A stretch of DNA of 64,000 nt from Mayamaea pseudoterrestris. Its lineage: Eukaryota. The first letter of the stretch is position 1. Every line of letters starts with the position of its first letter. This document shows positions 53,053-64,000 of the stretch, in pieces. The stretch covers positions 1,054,001 through 1,118,000 of the forward strand of contig BROI01000003.1 in assembly GCA_027923505.1 (NCBI GenBank), written 5' to 3'. Made by a program: the position numbers and the translations under genes. Below the pieces are notes generated by a model, which saw only the letters and a list, made by a program, of their open reading frames with translations, did not search any database and was not told where the DNA came from.

Positions 53053-55812
53053 ATGAATTCGCCTCGTCACGCTGACGACCAAGCGTCGCTGCAGCAACAG
53101 AATCCCTTTGACGCAGCAACATCCAACTTTTCCAGCCCCAGCTTGAGTAAATCTTACCGGGAGAGTCTTGAGCATTTGGTAGACTTTGATGTCGGAAACG
53201 AAAATGGCAAGCAACCGACGGCGAGATTAAACTTGATCAACACTACGAATAACTCTGTTACTGATACTGCTAGCAGCAGCAGCGTCAAAGCAAATATACC
53301 ACAGCAGCAGCAACGAACGAAGTTGAATCCAGATCGAGCCAATTTTGCCGCCATGCTTAATCAGCAGCGCATGCAGCAGCAGCAGTGCATGAATGGATCA
53401 AACGGTTCAGCAAGTGTTACGAGACTGCAGCAACATTCCTTGACGAGCAACAAGCATCTATCGAATGACGCTCCCCGGCAAAAGCTTTCGGCGCCAAGCG
53501 ATTTGACGACAAAGCTGAACGCCATGTTCACGTCGCAGCAAATGCAGGCGCCATTGAAAGAGCAGCAGCAGCAAGCTCCAAGACAAGCTCCTAGACAAGC
53601 TCCTGCAACAGTCAAACAAAAGACAGCATCTAGTAGCAAAGCACTTCTTTCTCCAGACGATTTACCAACGATTGCTCGCTTTCGCAGAATGCTGCAAATG
53701 AAGGTTCCACAAGGCGCCGTGCGCAACCAAGTGTTTGCTGAAGGTTACGACGAAGTCATGGTGAACGCTGTATTTTCCAAGCAGCCGCTCAATGAAATAC
53801 TGATGCATTTGCAAACGACGAACAGTGAATCGGTAATGACGAATAGTCAAGGTGCAAATGGACATGCAAACGTAGTAGGGCAAGAAGCTGACGCGATGGC
53901 CGAGAGTACTAGTCAATCACCTGACCAGCAAGCTCCACGCCCATTGCCAAAGCACCGACAGCACCAGCAGCATTCCAATGGCAGTCGCAAGCAACTATCG
54001 CTTCAGGATCCATCACCTCAACAATTTTTAACGGCGGCAGTCTTGACGAATGCGCTGCAAGACAATAAGCAGTTTCAGCAAATGCGACAAGTCAATGTCG
54101 ACGAGTCGGAAGCCATGCCCATCAAGTCTCTCTCCATGCACATGTTTAATCAAAAAGTCAAAGCAAAAGACGGTGACGCTGATAACGACAACGAGTCACT
54201 ATCCACCATGGGCTCGATCGAAGCCGGTCCAAAAAGCAAGGAGTGGCGCCAGTCGCAACTAAACCACGCGCAGCGCATCAAGCACGTTTACGAATCCACG
54301 CAGCAAACGGCGCGCATCGTTGACGCCCACAACAACTTGCCGCACACGCAGTATAAACGCGACATGCAGGAAACCAAGGAGCGGCAAAAGCAGTCGGCGT
54401 CGTTGCTCATGGAACACATGGTGGGCGAAAGTACACTGTTTCACAAGCAAGTTCAACAGATGGAGCAGCAGGCGCAAACGCAGGAGCAACAAAAGCAGCG
54501 AAGAGTATCATTCACAAAAGAGTTGGAACCAAAGCGCATGGTGGAGCTGAAATCAAGCAAGGGATCAAGCGAGCAAGAAGAGAAGAGGGAAATTGAGCCT
54601 CCTCGAGGCTCGTCAGAACCATTTGCTGCTGGAGCAGCTTCGTTACCTATTGAAACACCGCTATCGACGCCAAAGCTAAAAGAGTCGGCAAAGACAAAGC
54701 CCGAGGATGAGGAACCTAGTGGAAGTATGCACTTGTCGCAGTATCGTCGTAGGCAATATTTTCGATGCGGCTTGTTAATATTGTTCTTTGTCCTCGTCCC
54801 AGTCATGATTGGTTTGTCAGTCGCCGCCAGCAATGCACGGCAGCGACGGAGCGAAAAGAAGTCATCTGTGTTTGCGACGTCAGCTCCGTCAATGTTACGG
54901 ACCAACGTGCCGGTGGAGGAGTCATCTACGCCTCCTCCAACTGCCTCGGTAAACGCTCTTTCGACCGAGCCACCTTCGAGTGCGCCTCCAACATTTGCAC
55001 CAACACTACAGCCCACCACCTCCTCGCGGCGCCAAGCCTTGCTGGAGGTTCTTGTTCCGGTGTCGCTTGACAATGGAACAAGTCTGCAAACGCCTGGCTC
55101 ACCGCAGTACAAAGCGTTGGACTGGAGCTTGACGAACAACAATATTGATGATAATACTGCTCGCGTCGTTCAACGATACGCTCTGGCCACTTTGTACTAC
55201 AGCACAAATAGTCTTGCAGACAATTCTCGCTCCTGGCTAAATACGAGTGGCTGGCTATCATCGGATGATGAATGTACCTGGTATGGAGTGAAGTGCGTTG
55301 GCAAAGCTTTGACGAGTCTACAACTGACGAGTAATCAACTTATTGGGACCTTACCTGACGAGCTTTCAGTGCTAAACAAGCTGCAGACGCTTTCACTGAA
55401 CAACAATGCTTTACAGTCAACGATTCCGACAGCCATAGGATTGCTGACAAGTCTGACAGACCTGGACTTGTCGAGCAACAGCTTGAGCGGCACTCTGGCC
55501 AGCGAGATTGCAAATTTGAGCAATTTGAGCAATCTACTCTTGCAAGCAAACCTACTAGAGGGCGGCATTCCAGACGATTTTGGTCAGTTGCTGCAGCTAC
55601 AACAAATACGATTGGACAGCAACAATTTGAACGGCAACGTTCCCGAGGCCGTCTGCTACGCCTTTTCGGCAAGTCAGCCTCGCTTTTACTCCGACTGCGC
55701 TGGATCGAATCCAGAAATTTTGTGTCCAGCGTATCCATGCTGCACGTACTGCTGTCAAGGCGGCTCGTGCGACTGCGTGTATGCAGGGACTGGGTTTGAC
55801 TTTTTATGCTGA
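53053..55812 (+). CDS. Type II membrane LRR protein with a Gln-rich cytosolic region
   Basis: TM GLLILFFVLVPVMIGL; QRYALATLYYST cap, CTWYGVKC, LRR repeats; tail CCTYCC...GTGFDFLC. Confidence 0.88.
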   Translation: MNSPRHADDQASLQQQNPFDAATSNFSSPSLSKSYRESLEHLVDFDVGNENGKQPTARLNLINTTNNSVTDTASSSSVKANIPQQQQRTKLNPDRANFAAMLNQQRMQQQQCMNGSNGSASVTRLQQHSLTSNKHLSNDAPRQKLSAPSDLTTKLNAMFTSQQMQAPLKEQQQQAPRQAPRQAPATVKQKTASSSKALLSPDDLPTIARFRRMLQMKVPQGAVRNQVFAEGYDEVMVNAVFSKQPLNEILMHLQTTNSESVMTNSQGANGHANVVGQEADAMAESTSQSPDQQAPRPLPKHRQHQQHSNGSRKQLSLQDPSPQQFLTAAVLTNALQDNKQFQQMRQVNVDESEAMPIKSLSMHMFNQKVKAKDGDADNDNESLSTMGSIEAGPKSKEWRQSQLNHAQRIKHVYESTQQTARIVDAHNNLPHTQYKRDMQETKERQKQSASLLMEHMVGESTLFHKQVQQMEQQAQTQEQQKQRRVSFTKELEPKRMVELKSSKGSSEQEEKREIEPPRGSSEPFAAGAASLPIETPLSTPKLKESAKTKPEDEEPSGSMHLSQYRRRQYFRCGLLILFFVLVPVMIGLSVAASNARQRRSEKKSSVFATSAPSMLRTNVPVEESSTPPPTASVNALSTEPPSSAPPTFAPTLQPTTSSRRQALLEVLVPVSLDNGTSLQTPGSPQYKALDWSLTNNNIDDNTARVVQRYALATLYYSTNSLADNSRSWLNTSGWLSSDDECTWYGVKCVGKALTSLQLTSNQLIGTLPDELSVLNKLQTLSLNNNALQSTIPTAIGLLTSLTDLDLSSNSLSGTLASEIANLSNLSNLLLQANLLEGGIPDDFGQLLQLQQIRLDSNNLNGNVPEAVCYAFSASQPRFYSDCAGSNPEILCPAYPCCTYCCQGGSCDCVYAGTGFDFLC

Positions 55813-56015
55813 GCGAGCGTCACTCGATAGCACATCTTGTAGAACGAGGAAGTTTGCGCTTTTGAGCAAAAGCTTCGACGATGCATCTGCACGGCTTTAG
55901 ATGTGTCTAAACATGAAGCATTCAATATCATGTAATGTATTTGTTTATTTACTTTCTGTCGAGAGTGCTGCTGCTTATAGACAAGAGAGGCAAAAATTCC
56001 TAACCGGCTCTCTCA

Positions 56016-58859
56016 TTAACTGATATACACATCTGATAATGCTTCCAATTTCTCCTCGTCCTGCTGCAACTCAGCTATCCTCAGTCGCGCCGCCTCCAGC
56101 CTTGGACTTACAGGTTTGACTTGTGTCAACGGTGAAACCTCGCTCGCAGCAACGTTGCCCGAGAAATCTCGTTCTAATATATCAGTCGTCGCTTCTGCTG
56201 CAATCTGGGACCGTTGAGGTATCCGCCTCGTGTCTCGTTCGCCGGCATCCAGCTTATCGGCTGTCAGCTTGAGCAGTTGACGCGTCAAAAGACTTCCGGT
56301 CTTGAAGACGCCGGCTCGCCGCTCCCAAATCTTTCGGGTGAGTATCGACGACAACTCGATCGACTCCTCACGCGAAATGTTCGACAGGTCGATTCCAGCA
56401 ACATTGTTTGAAAGTGCAAGCTGTCGCTGCACCAAGTCAATGAGCTTTTGCGTCGTCTCCAAAGTCTTCTCATCCAATTCATTGGTTCGGAATAATGGAC
56501 TAGTTCGCCAAAGGCCCAGTGGATCCACCACTGTTCCCAGCAACGTACGGCCAGACGGCAAGATTCCGGAACGCTCTCGAACGCGCTCAAAGATGGTTCT
56601 AGATCCGGACGCAATAATTTTGGCAAGCTGCTCCAAAAAGATTTCTTGCAGAGGCGAAGGCTCCTCCGTCAAAATCAAATCAAGAACCTTGTCGGCAATT
56701 CCTTCTAACACTTCGACGCGACGCTCCGACTCTTTGCCCAGCAACGCGCCAGAAGATGCGACCGTAAAATCACCAAAGCCTTCCACCAGCTGCTCGACGC
56801 GGTCATAGTCTACAAGGCGATTTGGATTCGACTTGTCTGGGCCAAACAGAAAGGTGTTCAACGCCGGTCCCAAATTTTGCGTATCCGTCAAGAGTCGCTG
56901 CGAAATGTATGGCAAGCACTCCTTGACGATGGAATAGTTCCTGTCGTTGGTAAGTCCAATACCTTCAAGAACACTAAAACTCTTGGCAATGTACGCAAAG
57001 TATGCCGGTAACTGAAACAAGTTTCCATCATTCTTGGCGGCCAGAGCCTGCAACTGCTCCACAACTTCATTCACATTGACCGCCGCGGCACCACCTCCCT
57101 TGCTCCACTGACTATAAATACCGGCCAAGGTTTCCACAACGCCCGAGTCTTCAATCAAGTGAGCATTCTCCTTGGCGATAAAATCCAGCAGCAGCAAGTC
57201 CCGCGGTACTTCATCATAGTCGGCGCTCACCAAGTGCGCCACATGCTCAATCAAGGTCAACTGCAGCTTGGAATCCAGTCGCGTCACCATGCCCCAATCC
57301 AAAATGCACAAGCGACCATCCGTCGTGCGCAGCAGATTGCCGGGATGCGGGTCCGCGTGCAACGCCGAAAAGCTTTCGTCCAGCAGCATGGTCAAGTACG
57401 TGTTCATGGCAATGCTGCACAAGACGGTAACATCGGCTTGGGACGACTGATCGAGCCGCTCGCCATCAATCCACTCCGTCACTAATACCTTGCGCGTCGA
57501 ATACTCCTTGACTGTTTGCGGCGCAAAGACAACGTTTGCCAATGACGTGTTGGCCACGTCTCTATTGAACGTTTCCGCGTTGGTCGCTTCCTGCTCGTAG
57601 TCGAGCTCGTCGATGAAGCCAGTGCCCCAAACATCCACCGCCGCCACAACGTCCGTGTTGAGTCGCAACACGCGCTTCAACACTGGCGCAGCCTCTCGCA
57701 CAAGATGCATGTCGAGGGCAATCTGCTCCAAAATGTGTGGCCGCTGCACCTTGATTGCCACCGACTTGTTGGAATTTTTTAGAGTTGCTTTGTAAACTTG
57801 CCCCAGCGAGGCGGCCGCAATGGGTGTGCTCGTCAATGGACTCTGCAATATTTCATCCAACGATGACAACTTCCACTCGCGCAACAGTATACTCTTGGCC
57901 GTTTCGGTGTCAAAGGCTGGCACTTGGTCCTGCAGCGTGGCTAGTCCCTTTAGATAGGCCGGCGACAATAAATCGGTGCGAATGCTCAGCGACTGACCCA
58001 CCTTGATAAAGCTTGGTCCCAGTTTCGTCAACAAATCGGCGAGTTGGTAGGCGCGGGTTTGTTCGTTGACTTCGAGTGTTTTGAATAGATAGTCACTCAG
58101 CAAACCGAGTCCAAACTGCAAGGACTGCGTGGCGATGAAACTGGCGCGCCGTAAGACTTGCAGTGGTTTTTGCCGAAAGTAGAGTCTAGCGGAGACGGGA
58201 TCGTATTGTTCCAGCGGATAGACTTGCGTGACGCGCGGTGCTTTTATGAGAGAGGATGCCACGCTTGCCAACAAGACTATGGCCAAGGTTGATGCAAGAG
58301 CCACGTCCAGCGTCTTGTAGCTTTGCAGTAGCGAGAGTGGTAAATTGTTGTTGACGCTCATGATGGTGCTGTAATCAAAACCATTGCCTGGAACATTAAG
58401 TCGTAATTGCTGCTGGAGTTGCTGCAGCTGCTCCGAAAGGTTGTTGACAAGTGACAGTTGCGACGGCGACAGTGCTTGCAGCTGATGGTTCAAATTGCTC
58501 GAAGCACTCGCCAGTAACTGCGAACTTTGCCTCTGCAGCTCCTCCAGTCTGGACACAATGTCGAGTCGCACCAACTCATTGTCGAGCGATACCAGTTTGA
58601 CTTGCAGAGACGCTTTATAAACGAAATCAGCAAGCTGCTGCTGGACTTTGTCGATTGTCGCTTGCGTCAAACCAACGTCGTTGACATGAAGTGGAGGTGG
58701 TGGAGGTGGAGGCGGAAGTGGAGGCGTGTATCTAGCGTATAGTTTAAAATGACTCCTGCTTGCCTGTCGAGGAGCAAAGCCAAATGCAATGGCGGGAAGC
58801 AATGCGAGGGCGAGTAGGCGGACGAATCGTGTCCTGCGATTCAGAGATAGCGGCAGCAT
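56016..58859 (-). CDS. Plastid ABC1/UbiB-family atypical kinase
   Basis: Presequence AFG-FAP; LGPSFIKVGQ, AAASLGQVYKA, VAIKVQRP, ELDY..EA, HADPHPGN, LDWGM. Confidence 0.93.
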   Translation of the reverse strand: MLPLSLNRRTRFVRLLALALLPAIAFGFAPRQASRSHFKLYARYTPPLPPPPPPPPLHVNDVGLTQATIDKVQQQLADFVYKASLQVKLVSLDNELVRLDIVSRLEELQRQSSQLLASASSNLNHQLQALSPSQLSLVNNLSEQLQQLQQQLRLNVPGNGFDYSTIMSVNNNLPLSLLQSYKTLDVALASTLAIVLLASVASSLIKAPRVTQVYPLEQYDPVSARLYFRQKPLQVLRRASFIATQSLQFGLGLLSDYLFKTLEVNEQTRAYQLADLLTKLGPSFIKVGQSLSIRTDLLSPAYLKGLATLQDQVPAFDTETAKSILLREWKLSSLDEILQSPLTSTPIAAASLGQVYKATLKNSNKSVAIKVQRPHILEQIALDMHLVREAAPVLKRVLRLNTDVVAAVDVWGTGFIDELDYEQEATNAETFNRDVANTSLANVVFAPQTVKEYSTRKVLVTEWIDGERLDQSSQADVTVLCSIAMNTYLTMLLDESFSALHADPHPGNLLRTTDGRLCILDWGMVTRLDSKLQLTLIEHVAHLVSADYDEVPRDLLLLDFIAKENAHLIEDSGVVETLAGIYSQWSKGGGAAAVNVNEVVEQLQALAAKNDGNLFQLPAYFAYIAKSFSVLEGIGLTNDRNYSIVKECLPYISQRLLTDTQNLGPALNTFLFGPDKSNPNRLVDYDRVEQLVEGFGDFTVASSGALLGKESERRVEVLEGIADKVLDLILTEEPSPLQEIFLEQLAKIIASGSRTIFERVRERSGILPSGRTLLGTVVDPLGLWRTSPLFRTNELDEKTLETTQKLIDLVQRQLALSNNVAGIDLSNISREESIELSSILTRKIWERRAGVFKTGSLLTRQLLKLTADKLDAGERDTRRIPQRSQIAAEATTDILERDFSGNVAASEVSPLTQVKPVSPRLEAARLRIAELQQDEEKLEALSDVYIS

Positions 58860-60125
58860 GATGAAAATAAAGATTGATGGCTCGTTCCGACGAGTTCGTC
58901 TCGCTAGCGCCAATTCTCAACACTCTATCGTCCCCTCCTTGTCCTTTACAAAGTCAATGCTTGTTATAACGAGTCAGGCAGGCAGCGATAAACTTTGGCC
59001 TCGCTCTGACTCGTCGTCGGAGAATCGAATCGTTGTTGTTGCAACGCGTTGGATGGAAACGAATGTGACGCGAATGACGTGTGCGCGAGGCTTAAAACGT
59101 CATCATATCGCAGCAAGAAACAAAAAAAGAATGTCATGATACGCAAAACGTCATCATATCGTAACAATGAACACGAAGGATTCTTTTGTCGCTGCGCAAT
59201 TTATGACAAACATGCAAGCCTTCGTACTTGTTGCTTCTTTTTGCTAAATTTGAACCAACACGAGTAGCGCTGTTTGAATTTATCAGGATCGTCTCCGACG
59301 CAGCCTGCGTCGGCGTTGCTAAAAATCTGGTGGTGTTCAAGTTGTCGGCTCGTCGGCTCATTTTGACCAATGACGAATCATTTTCATGTTCTTAGACTCG
59401 TCGTCGCTCCAGCAGCAGCAATGAATCATATGAGCGCAAAAGACGATTCTTTGGAGCAAGTGCTGCCGCAGACTCGTCACGCCCTTCAAGAGTCAACAAA
59501 CTTTGCTGTCAAATGCGTCAGACGCGAGGCGTTAAAAAATGGCGGTTTATATACGATATACGTCGTGACGACTGGCTCCACCGCTCGCAATGTTCCAGAA
59601 TCGTTGCGCCGTTGAGTGATCAATGGCGGCAGTCAGCGAAATGACTCTCCAATGGCGCTGCGCGCGAACGATTTTGAACGAAAAATATGACGCGTCATCT
59701 GCTTTTGCGTTCCCGCCAATTCTTGGGCGGCGTCTACGAATTTCATCACGCTCCATTCGAGCGACAAAAGAGCGGTCGATCGCCGCCGGCGTTTGCTTCA
59801 CCGTTAGATTCAAGTCGCCATGCGGTCAGCCCAGCGTTTACCGCCAAAAATGGCATCAATCTGGAGCATGCCGTTGGCTATTTGCTTGGGGCTACTTCGA
59901 AAGACGGCGAAGACGAACCAGATGATCCATGCTGCGGTGGATTGATTTTGATATTCGAGTTTTGAATCTGTAAATGGAAACGTACGAATGATACATATAA
60001 TTGTCTCTTTGATATTAGACGACCCGTCGGGTTTTCGACCATACCTATACGCAAAGTAACGAAAGGCCAACTCGACATTCTACTTCTTTGCTGACAAGGA
60101 CGAGTAATTTCGACTATGTTACCTA

Positions 60126-62110
60126 CTAGGCATTGGCCTTTTTCAAATACAAATCCGAAAAGAGCTTGGTTTTGTCAAGGTATGCGAAATCGGCAGCTTC
60201 CTCTTTCAAACCCCAGTCTCCTTCGTAATCCTTGTACGTAAAGGCGCCCCGAGACTGGCCTTGGTAAGTGTACGGTTTGATTGTGGTCGCATTCGATGGC
60301 TCAATCTGTGTTCCTTCGTGCCACTGTGATGAAATAAGGCGAGTAACATGTGTGAGTATAGGCAATGTGATAGGGTGGTTGTGCTCCGTCGCTTCCACAT
60401 GAACTTGCCTCATTGAATGACGTTATGATGACTGGATTGTTGTTGGTCTTGGAATTGATCGCCTTTTTCCAAGCGTCTTCGTATCGTTTACCATTGTTTC
60501 GCTCAATGATGGGCTTGTCGGGGTTGCTGAGTCGGGTATCGTCAAACCCGGGGCTCACTGTAAAATAAAAAATTTTGCCGGCATCCTCATAATCTTCCGC
60601 AATTTCCGGCCAGTCATCCGAGGTATCCTCTGCTGCTTCTGTTCCGTAATCATGCCCGCCAGACCACTCACCCGCTATGATCCGGTTCTGAACAAGAATA
60701 TATTAGAGTATGATATGGAATCAAGTGATGACAATCATACTATCAGTACACGTACCTCCAAATTCACGTCATGGGCAATGACAATGGGATTATACTTTGG
60801 ATCCGCATACAGCTCCTTCCAAACAATGGCCCATTCCTTCTGATTACCTTCATCGTAGGAGCGAGCGGCAAAGAACATGAACACGGGACGTCCACCGCGG
60901 CGGTACATGGCGCGGTGGCAGCCATAGGTATTGATCAAGTATTTGACATCCTCCTTGGCTGTCTGCGGCGTGCGGGTGCCCTCATTGTTGGTTTTACTGG
61001 GATCTTTGATGTAGCCACCCTTGTACGGTTCAATGTAGAAACCAACCTTGATGCCTTGGTCGTCGGCCGCATTCATCACCTTCCAAATGAGCTTGTCTTC
61101 TTCGGATCCTTGTCCCCACCAGGATACAATAATGGTGCCAATACCAGCCCGGCGAATCCACTTCATGTGCAGCTTTAACGTTTCGGAGGAGCTGGAGCTG
61201 TAGGCACCAAGGCGCGGATAAAAGGGAGACGGCAAGTCCTTGTTCAAGGGATCGTACACGCCATTGTCGTTGCCACGACCGGCAATGGCCCAGTGACGAA
61301 ACTTCTTGTCCGTTTCAAGGTTGGCGTACCATGGGTAGTAGAATGTCTGTGTGTTTAAACGAAAGCGAGGCGATGACGGGTCACGTGAGTCAACAAGTTA
61401 CATTTGTATGACGGTTGACAAAGTTACCTCTTATATACCACACTCACCTGAATATTGTCTCGTTCATTCTCGATTCCCAATCCGCAGCGTCCCTGACATC
61501 CGCCGTTGCACGAGACGCACTGCGCGCTGCAGCAAGAAGACGAAGTCGAACACTCGCGCCCACTACCTAAACAAGTTTTGGGCCGACACTGCTTGCGGCC
61601 ACTGCTGGTGCGGGCGCAAGTGAAACCGAGGCAGCAGTCGCCCCGCGTGCCGCCGCATGGTTTCGTGTTGCCTTGGCAAGTGGATGATGATGAAGTAATG
61701 GGAAGGCAGTAGCCATTCTTGTTGGCGGTCAAGGCGTTGGTGGCGAGGCGGTTGTTGCGGTTTCGTCTACGACGGCGACGACGACGACGAGTGCGGCGGT
61801 GCTGGTTGTCACTTTCTTCCGTTTTGACATGAGATTTAAGTCGCATCTTCGTCTTGTCGCTTTCGTCATCAATACTCGTTTCCATTTTCATGCTGCGACG
61901 CGTCTGATTGGTGGCAGCATCCTCCGCCGTCCACCACCACGGCATTTCCCCGACCAGTTCCAAGCGCGAATGCAAGTCCACCTGCTGCATGTAGCTTTCG
62001 TAGTCACCAGACGTTGCCAATGTCATCAAGTCGGCGCGCACGCCATTGAAATGGCAAAGGACGACGAGAGCGATGGGCAGCAGGAAACATTTCGTGAACA
62101 AGCTCATCAT
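60126..62110 (-). CDS. GH99 endo-alpha-mannosidase/mannanase-like enzyme; introns 61347-61447, 60688-60755 and 60324-60408 (GC-AG)
   Basis: FYYPWY, FYPRLGAYSS, VSWWG, FYIEPY, SPGFDDT, ITSFNE|WHEGTQIEP. Confidence 0.88.
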
Positions 62111-64000
62111 GGTGTTGCAGAAGATTCCAAATACTTTATGAAAAACAATGGCTTTCAAAAGACACGAGACGATTTAATGAAGTCTGCAGGGATTGTGAAA
62201 GCGAGCGGCAATATTATCTTGTGAGCTCGATAAGCAGGCAGCAAGTTTCATTTTTGACTCCAGTGAATGAAACCATGCCGAAATGGAGACGTCGTGTGCT
62301 TTTCATGATCGAAAGGTTGCACGGAGCGCCAGCTCGGTCGTGTCAAGAATCAATGTAACCAATGAAAATCGGCTACGTAGACTTCCACCATGTGCTCAGT
62401 ATCAATTATCAATTTTCATTGGTTAAAAATTGACACTTGATGGAAGCTAGCAATCGTACCAAAATGCTCAAAGTGTCATGCCTTCCAAAAACTGTTCCAT
62501 GCCTGCCGGCAGGAGCAAACATGCGCCAACAGCCTGGCCTTTGGTCATTGATCCTCTTGAAGATGTTATTGATGATATGGAACGACGCATCATCCGCGGA
62601 GTAAACGTTGGAGTAAAAAAATGTCCGACGAGTGTGACCGGCAAGCCAAATCCTAGATACCAAAACGTCATCTCCTCGCATCGGGAATGACGACGAAGGT
62701 TCGTTCGTCCAATGTTTACTGCCATGGGAAAATGTTCGTTCGCTTCGTCTGCCATTGAAACTACGACAGCATGACTGACTCGTGCAGTCAATCTGGTTGT
62801 GTATATGTGTATGGTTGCTGCTGGCTTTGGCATTGCCAATGGTTTACTGCCAAGCCCTGCAACGTTCGATCCAATTTCTTGTGTTCCGCCGACGAGCAGC
62901 ATTGGAACATTATCGTCTCATCTTGCCAGCAGCGGCAGCATCTTTGACTTTGATGAACATGACAGCGCGTTGGAGTATCTACTGCTACACCAGACTCACC
63001 AAGCCGCTCCCGCATTCAACGACTGGCCCATGGCGCAAGGCGCAAGTGGCTTTGTTGACATTTTGCAAAAGTCTAATGAGTTCGCCACGTTCCGGTACTT
63101 TTTCGAGCACTCGCTGGACGTACACGACAAAGGAATCCAGCAAAAGATGAAGTAGACGTTGGCCACCACGTGATGAGCATTCCAGAAATCATGAAATACA
63201 TTCGACACGCCACGCAACTATCGTCTCGCCGCGGTATGGCCGATTTGCTGGACCCCCTCCATGATCCGTTCCAACCAAACGAGCCGCCGGAGACAGTATG
63301 GTCTGTTGGTGCTAGCGCACACGCACCATGGCCAAAGTGCATGACGGACGATGTTCTAATGCAATCCAGTGGTCGCGTTACACATTCAGCGATCCAAAGT
63401 CGCGCACCATGCGTTGGAGCAACTCACCAACCGTACACTGACACCACTGGAGGACCGTTAATCGTGATGGAAGGATTTGGAGCCGCACTTGCTACTTGGT
63501 GCGACGGAAACACTCACCGTTCATTGCCCAAGCCGTCAATCCCTTTGAAGTTTACGACGTAATGACGCTTGACACGGAGCATGGCATGATTGTACATCGT
63601 CGTGGCTTTCGCCTTTTCGTTGGCTCTCAAAAAAAAAAGTCGGCGTTCGCGACAAACGAAGCGTTTGGCAAACGATATGCATCCGACGTGCAAAGGAGAC
63701 GACCATCAATGGATCGTTGCAAGCAACGAAAGTCGTAAAAGCATTATTTTTACGGAATTGGGAGCCTTTTGGACGCCGCGAAGCTGATTGCAGCTTGCCG
63801 GTGTCATTCTTCGGCCGTGATGTAGGGAGCAAGAATGTCACTAGTACATAAGAATGCGAGTAAATGCAGTTGCTGACGCAAAATAACTTTCGGCTACTTT
63901 GAATATTAATAGTGGCAGTTTCACAAAACCTTCGCCTTTCTTCGCTCACGAAAGACAAGGTTGCACAGCTCGACAACCACTCGTTCTCTATTTAAAGATA

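Noticed and set aside
59370..59965. Short ORFs between the ABC1 kinase and GH99
   Set aside because: Stop-interrupted, no recognisable motif; cannot support a call
62409..63976. Overlapping short ORFs at the window end
   Set aside because: Possibly a gene relic, but there is no motif or splice model I can support

Overview
Eukaryotic genomic DNA, most likely a pennate diatom. This is inferred from short spliceosomal introns, signal-peptide+F/W plastid presequences, CoDi-type Copia elements and diatom-type LRR families. Positions 1-31.7 kb are a retrotransposon-rich accessory block. It holds the 3' part of an intact Ty1/Copia element with its 3' LTR, a GH20 hexosaminidase, an RNI-like LRR gene and two convergent paralogous Crinkler-like genes (Ubl-like header + P-loop NTPase +/- restriction-endonuclease-fold domain). 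Decayed Copia remnants lie between the two paralogs. A young, full-length Ty3/Gypsy element (21158-31071) is inserted exactly in the Walker A motif of one of them. That Gypsy is the most unusual object. It has TG...AA LTR ends with a 4-bp TSD, and a single in-frame TAG followed by a hairpin between gag-protease and RT (candidate readthrough). It also carries a degenerate cytosine-C5 DNA methyltransferase-like domain between RNase H and integrase, and an extra C-terminal domain. Positions 32-64 kb are ordinary gene-dense host DNA: a plastid M41-like protein, two head-to-head cell-surface paralogs, cytochrome b5 reductase, plastid GPAT, an LMBR1-family protein, an alpha-CA-like protein lacking the Zn ligands, two head-to-head LRR membrane proteins, an ABC1 kinase and a GH99 with a GC-AG intron. 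All calls are by eye from motifs; no database searches were run.
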